A stretch of 51,045 nt of DNA, taken from Macrostomum lignano. Lineage: Eukaryota. The stretch covers positions 1-51,045 of the forward strand of contig NIVC01003370.1 of NCBI GenBank assembly GCA_002269645.1, given 5' to 3'. Shown one piece after another: positions 45,941 to 51,045 of this stretch. How positions within the stretch are numbered: position 1 is the stretch's first letter; each line of letters opens with the position of its first letter. The notes beneath the pieces are model-generated. The model worked only from the letters and a program-made list of their open reading frames with translations, did not search any database and was not told the origin of the DNA. The position numbers and the translations under genes were made by a program.

Positions 45941-46390
45941 TTCATTCGCAGTTCATTTAAACAGAAAAAACCATTTAGGCGCTCTGAATAAGCTGCAGTG
46001 CTGGCTCAATCTCCGTCAGGCTTTGGCATTAACTGCATACTTGAAGGGTTGTCCCTGCTGCTCAGACAAGGCCTGCTTTATCTTCTCCACTGCTAAAATT
46101 GAGTTATTAGCTAAGCAAAATAAATTCACCAAGGCCAAAGACGTGTTCAGTGTGAGTTCCGAATTGCTGACAAATGCAAACACGGTCACAGAATAAACTA
46201 TTCTGCCATTGTATTCATTTCAACAGTTGGGACAGGCAAAGTCAGGGAGCGGGTTGCAAAGACAATAGAAGTCAATCAATCGGTAAATCGGACAGGCCTT
46301 CGAATACGGTGAAGCATAAGAAGCATGGAACCGATTTACAGAGAGACAGGCAGGTCAGCTCAAGCCAAAGTGCAGCCGCAGTCCACAGCT

Positions 46391-48708
46391 TCACTTCTTG
46401 CCCCTGCTGAGCTTCTTCACCTCGCCCTCCTGGTTGCCCAGCGCGCCCATCAGCTCGCGCACCTTCCGCTTGCGCTGCGCGTCCGCCCGCAGCGTCGTCT
46501 CCAGCCGCTCGCCGGCCAAGAAGTCGCGGTCGCGGGCCACCTCGCGCACAGCCGCCTTCATCGCCCGTTTGCGCGCCCGCAGCAGGCGTTTTCGCTCCTC
46601 GCCGCCGCTGCTGTCCGACTTTCGCCGGCCGGGGTCGAAATTGGCTTCGACCTGCGGCTCCAGCAGCTCCAGCATGCGGGGCGGCTCGCGCTCGCGGAGG
46701 AGGCGGGCGCCGGTCGCCTCGGCGGAGCAGTCGGCGAATGAGTTGAGGAAGCTGCGCGATGATGAAGAGTTAAGGAGTAATCGATAATAGAAAAGTTCTT
46801 GATGGATAATTCCTAAATTTAGAATACCTATATAACTTCACAGACAAAACACAGCATTTTATAAATTGACAAGCAGTAGCATTAGCCCCCAAAGAGGGTC
46901 AAGCTGCTAGTCCACTATACAAAATATCCGAGATCAAAATACGAGCAGGCCTTCATGAGACCTGTGAATTTACCTGTCAGCTGCATTCAGAATCTCGGCC
47001 GGCCACAGCCCGCCACCCGCAGCGGCCTTGGCCCGCTCGGCAGCCTCAGCCAGCGGCAGGAAGGCCGCCCGCAGTCCGGCCGACGGCAGGCCGCCGGTGG
47101 CGCCGACGCCGTGCCAGGCGGTGAGCAGCTCGCCAAGGTCGGCGAACACGCGGCCAAGGCAGAGCAGGCGGAGCCCGGCTGCCTGCGAGCTGGCCAGACC
47201 GCTGGCCCGCTGGCACAGGCTGAGCGGCAGCGGTCCCGGCCGCCAGTCCGCTGGGACGGGTCGCGTTGCCAGCAGCAGCTGCTGGCGCCGGCGACGCGCT
47301 GAACTGGCGCCGCTGTCCTCCTCCTGCTCCTCCTCGGTATCCAAGTTCGCGTGAGGAGCTCCGCCACCGTCCCAACGACTGGCGTCAGCTGGCGAGGCCA
47401 TGAGCAGGAGGCTGTGCAGACAGGCCAGGAGCTCCGGGCACAGGGGCCAGTGAAGGGCCGACAGAAGGCGCTTCAACGCCGAGACCAGCAGCAGGATGCG
47501 GCAGATCTGAGGATTCGGTGGAGTTGCTTAGGTAAATCGAACAACAAGAAAATTATCCTACAACCGATTTATTAATATCCCAGATGAAACAGACACAGTC
47601 TACACAAGCTGCTCAGACCTCTTTGAGCCCGTGGGTCTTCGCCGGACGCAGCAGTCTGCCAGCACCTCGGCGCAGAAGGCCACGCCCAGCCTGAGGCAGC
47701 AGAAGCGGCGCGCTTTGAATCCGCTGAGGTTGCACAGCCGCAGGATGAGGCGCACAGTCTCCAGGTAGGGGGCAGGCGGAGCAGCGAGCGCGCCAGACGC
47801 AGAGTGGCCGTCATCAGCGGCGGCGACTCGCTGACGACGCGCACGGCGCAGTCGATCAAGCTTGCTGCACAGCCCCGCCAGCTGCTCGCCAGCAGAGCGC
47901 CGCTCTGACGGCTTCAACTTTGCCTTGGCAACCGAGCCGCCATTGCCGGTGGGAGCGGCGTCCTTAGCAACCAAACGCTGCGACTGCATCAGCTGGTCAG
48001 ACAGCAGCTTGAAGGCGGACAGCTGATCGCCGGACTCCGGAGCCGCCTTCGTCGAAGTCGGCACCGACATCAGCGGACCCAGCTGGAATCGAACCCGAGA
48101 CTTCCACTCGGCGTCGATGGCGTCGGTGAGGCGGCGCGTCTCCTCCAGCTGCTCGCGCTTCTCGGCGCGATCGGCGCGCGTCTGGGCGATCAGCGTCTCC
48201 ATGCGGTCCTTGAGCCCCGTGCCCTTGCGCAGCAGGCCGCCTTCGTCGAACAGCGCCTCGGAAGAATGCGCGCCGCGGCCGGCTCCGGAAGCGTCGTCGT
48301 CGTCAAACTCGGCGTCGTCCAGCTCGGTGGCCAGCGGAGCGAACTTGTTGACAGCCGACAGCAGGCCGGAGTCCTCCGCCTCCGACGGCTGCCGCATCGC
48401 CGCCTCAGCTTCCGCCGCCAGAACGCGACGCTTCTGGCGGCAAAACGGCGCAGCGCCACCTCGGCGGCGGCGTCGGCCACGTCGGCATTGCCGTCGCTGC
48501 CAGCAGCGCCGAGGCGTCGGTCCAGCAGGCCACCTTTTTTAAAACGCCGGCCCAGTTCGGCGCCCAGCGTGCGGCGCCGTTTGGCCAGACGCGGGCGGCG
48601 CCGCGGCCCGGGGCGGCGATGGCCTTGGCTGCCTTGGCAACGCCTTTGACGACGGCGGCTGGACGGCCAGCGCGTGCCATTTGAAGCTTTTGCTGCGGAC
48701 CGCTTCGC
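46391..48708 (-). CDS. NOP14: Nucleolar protein 14 (SSU processome), with an apparent frameshift
   Basis: PG.R...AKRRRTL, LDRRLG, RRFA, METLIAQTR, CPELLACLHSLL, and C-terminal RKRAMKAAVREVARDRDFLA...DAQRKRKVRELMGALGNQEGE match NOP14. Exons ~48708-47612, 47506-46974, 46751-46391. A 1-nt frame break lies at ~48435; the donor near 47612 and the start are uncertain. Confidence 0.85.
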
Positions 48709-49171
48709 CTGGAAGTGGGTGGGAAAGTGAGGACACGGATTCACTCTTGGCCTAGGTACTGTCACTTGCGTCGCCCCAAAGTCGTTGCAGGTCAGCACAG
48801 GTAAGATAGGACTCTAGATCCCGTTGTCTGAGAGATCCCGTTGTTATTGCGACCACAAAACGACTCTGGGGCGATGCAAGTGGACTCTGGGCGCTTTTAG
48901 AATAACTCTGAGGTCGTAGAGTCACGGTAAAATTTTTTAATGGGTGGGCTAGTCTAGCAATCCATTCTAATTCCTTCATCTGATTGTCTAGCCAGATTAG
49001 CGATATATTATACTACTGCAAACAGAAATCGCTGTTGAGATATAAAAAATGCCAAATAAGGTACAAAAAGTTCCAACAGTTGCTATCAATTCAATCGGTA
49101 TCGATCGGAGAGACCGGGAGTACAAATGCACCAAATGGATCTGCTTTATTTAAGACTGAATCGAGCCGCCG

Positions 49172-51045
49172 CTACATATCGGCAGTAAAGCTGAACTTGA
49201 TTGGCCCTCTGCCAGCAGCCGGCGCGGCTCCGGCCTTCTTCTTGTCGATTTTCGCCGCCTTCGCCTCGGCGCCGCCCTCCACAGCGGGGGTGGCAAGGTA
49301 CAGCTGGTCCGTCAGCCGGCGCTTGCTGACGCCCTCGCTGCTGGAGGCCGTCAGGCCCTTGACCACCCGATCCCCAGCGGCTCGGACACTCGACCGGGTC
49401 AGCTCGGACACGCCGGAGAGAGGCAGCAGGCCGGCCAGGCGGCTTTTGGCGTACAGCTGGCACAGCAGCCGCCTGCCGCGAAGGTCGAACACCCGCAGGT
49501 GCCGGTCCTCAGACGTTGCGAACAGCAGGCCGGCGTCGATGACCGCGTCCAGGGCCGTGACAGCGCCGGAGCAGCTCGGCTTGAAGTGGCCCAGCAGCTG
49601 CGCGGCGGCCGCGGCTGGCGACTTTGAAGAGGCAGCTGGCGGGCGGCGAAGGTCGAATAAGCCAAGATGGCCCGCTGAATTGCCCGCCGCGACTGCGGCT
49701 GCCGATGCTGCCTCGATGGCGCAGCAGGACTGCAGGATCAGAGGAAAAATTTATCCTAACTGAAGAAATGAAGCCAGCCTCCCACATCCTCAGTTGCTGG
49801 GCCAGCCTCCCACATCCTCAGTTGCTGGGCAAGCCCCCCCAAATCCTCAGGCTGGGCCAGGCTCCCAGATCCTCAGTTGCTGGGCCAGCCTCCCACATCC
49901 TCCTCAGTTGCTGGGCCAGCCTCCCACATCCTCCTCAGTTGCTGGGCCAGCCTCCCACATCCTCCTCAGTTGCTGGCCAGCCTCCACATCCTCCTCAGTT
50001 GCTGGCAGCCTCCCAGATCCTCAGTTGCTGGCCAGCCTCCCACATCCTCAGTTACTGGGCCAGCCTCCCAGATCCCAGTTGCTGGCCAGCCCCTTAAATC
50101 CTCAGTTGCTGGGCCAGCCTCCCAGATCCTCAGTTGCTAGCCCAGCCTCCCAGATCCTCAGTTCTGGGCCAGCCTCTCAGATCCTACGTTGCTAGCCCAG
50201 CCTCCCAGATCCTCAGTTGCTAGCCCAGCCTCCCAGATCCTCAGTTGCTAGCCCAGCCTCCCAGATCCTCAGTTGCTGGGCCAGCCTCCCAGATCCCCAG
50301 TTGCTAGCCCAGCCTCCCAGATCCTCAATTGCTGGGCCAGCCTCCCAGATCCCCAGTTGCTAGCCCAGCCTCCCAGATCCTCAGTTGCTAGCCCAGCCTC
50401 CCAGCCCCAGTCACCTGAATCGGATACTCGGACCAGGCCAAGTTAACAACAGGCCGCCGCTGCTCGCCAGGCGAGTAGAGCCGCAGCTCTCGGTGGCCGG
50501 TGCACACAGCCAGCAGTTGGCCGCCAGCAATCGGTCTGATGTCGCGCACGTCGACTGGACGGCGAAGGTTCAGCCGGTCGTTGGGCAGATTCTTGGCCTA
50601 GGAAATTTTGGGGGAACAAACAAAGGTTAAAATTGTAGCGGTAGCGTCTAACTTGACAAAAAATGAACCCGAGAATTGTTTATCTGATTTCATCAGATCC
50701 GCATGGATCAAAACCAGCTGCTCACCTGGAACACGCAGGACTCGGCCGCCACATCCCAGACCCGAAGGTCGGACTCGCGACCGCCGGTAGCCAGACGAGC
50801 GTCGCTGTCGCCCCAGGCGCGGACGACGCCAACGTGGCATCCGGCGCGCAGCTGGGCCGCATCGGTGCAGCTGGCAGCGGAGGCGGCGAAGAGAGGCCAG
50901 CCTGACGGTGCCGTCCTCGTGACCAACTGCCAGCAAATCTCTCCGCTCGCCGCTGGAATCCGCCGAGGAACAACAGAAGGTCAGACAGGTCGTGGCGGCG
51001 GCTGGGACCTGCGAGATGGATTTGCACGGACTGGCAGTGTGATGG
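49172..51045 (-). CDS. WDR74: WD repeat protein 74 / NSA1 (60S biogenesis), 5'-partial, with an apparent frameshift
   Basis: LATGGRESDLRVWD, AKNLPNDRLNLRRPV, CTGHRELRLY...QRRPV...EYP, GNSAGHLGLFDLR, LYAKSRL. Exons 51008-50726, 50597-50415, 49729-49172. Frame break at ~50897-50901. Confidence 0.85.
49778..50405. repeat. 28-bp minisatellite in a WDR74 intron, ~22 copies
   Basis: Unit CCAGCCTCCCAGATCCTCAGTTGCT(A/G)GC with +CTC variants; starts next to the donor. Confidence 0.95.

Noticed and set aside
48405-48680. ATG ORF MARAGRPAAVVKG as the NOP14 start
   Set aside because: Out of frame with the NOP14-homologous KRRRTL/LDRRLG segment; it would need an additional frameshift.

Overview
Eukaryotic (metazoan) genomic DNA with GT-AG introns and GC-rich exons. 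About a third of the window (~17.5 kb by my estimated array bounds) is short tandem arrays, mostly in introns. This architecture suggests a free-living flatworm such as Macrostomum (inference, not proven). Gene models I could splice by hand: a 6-exon secreted protein (707-2077 +), a long hypothetical ORF (4946-6490 +), a secreted PAN/Apple + LamG-like protein with an RFX X-box upstream (7798-9236 -), two convergent Cys-rich secreted peptide genes (10916-11161 +; 12118-13467 -), a 12-exon neprilysin/M13 homolog lacking all catalytic residues (14135-27951 +), a 2-exon neuropeptide-precursor-like gene (30807-32642 +), a Q-rich hypothetical gene (33503-35076 -), and a tight minus-strand run WDR74 -> NOP14 -> NEK8-like (37984-51045). 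The M13 gene carries a full-length antisense Ty3/Gypsy LTR element in intron 10 (22585-27291). There is also a decayed non-LTR retrotransposon and a MITE-like foldback. Best leads: intronic minisatellites built from splice signals, a NOP14 with no in-frame ATG that may take its start codon from a spliced leader, the intact pseudo-neprilysin, and the unrecognised secreted peptides. No rRNA, tRNA or CRISPR array was seen.
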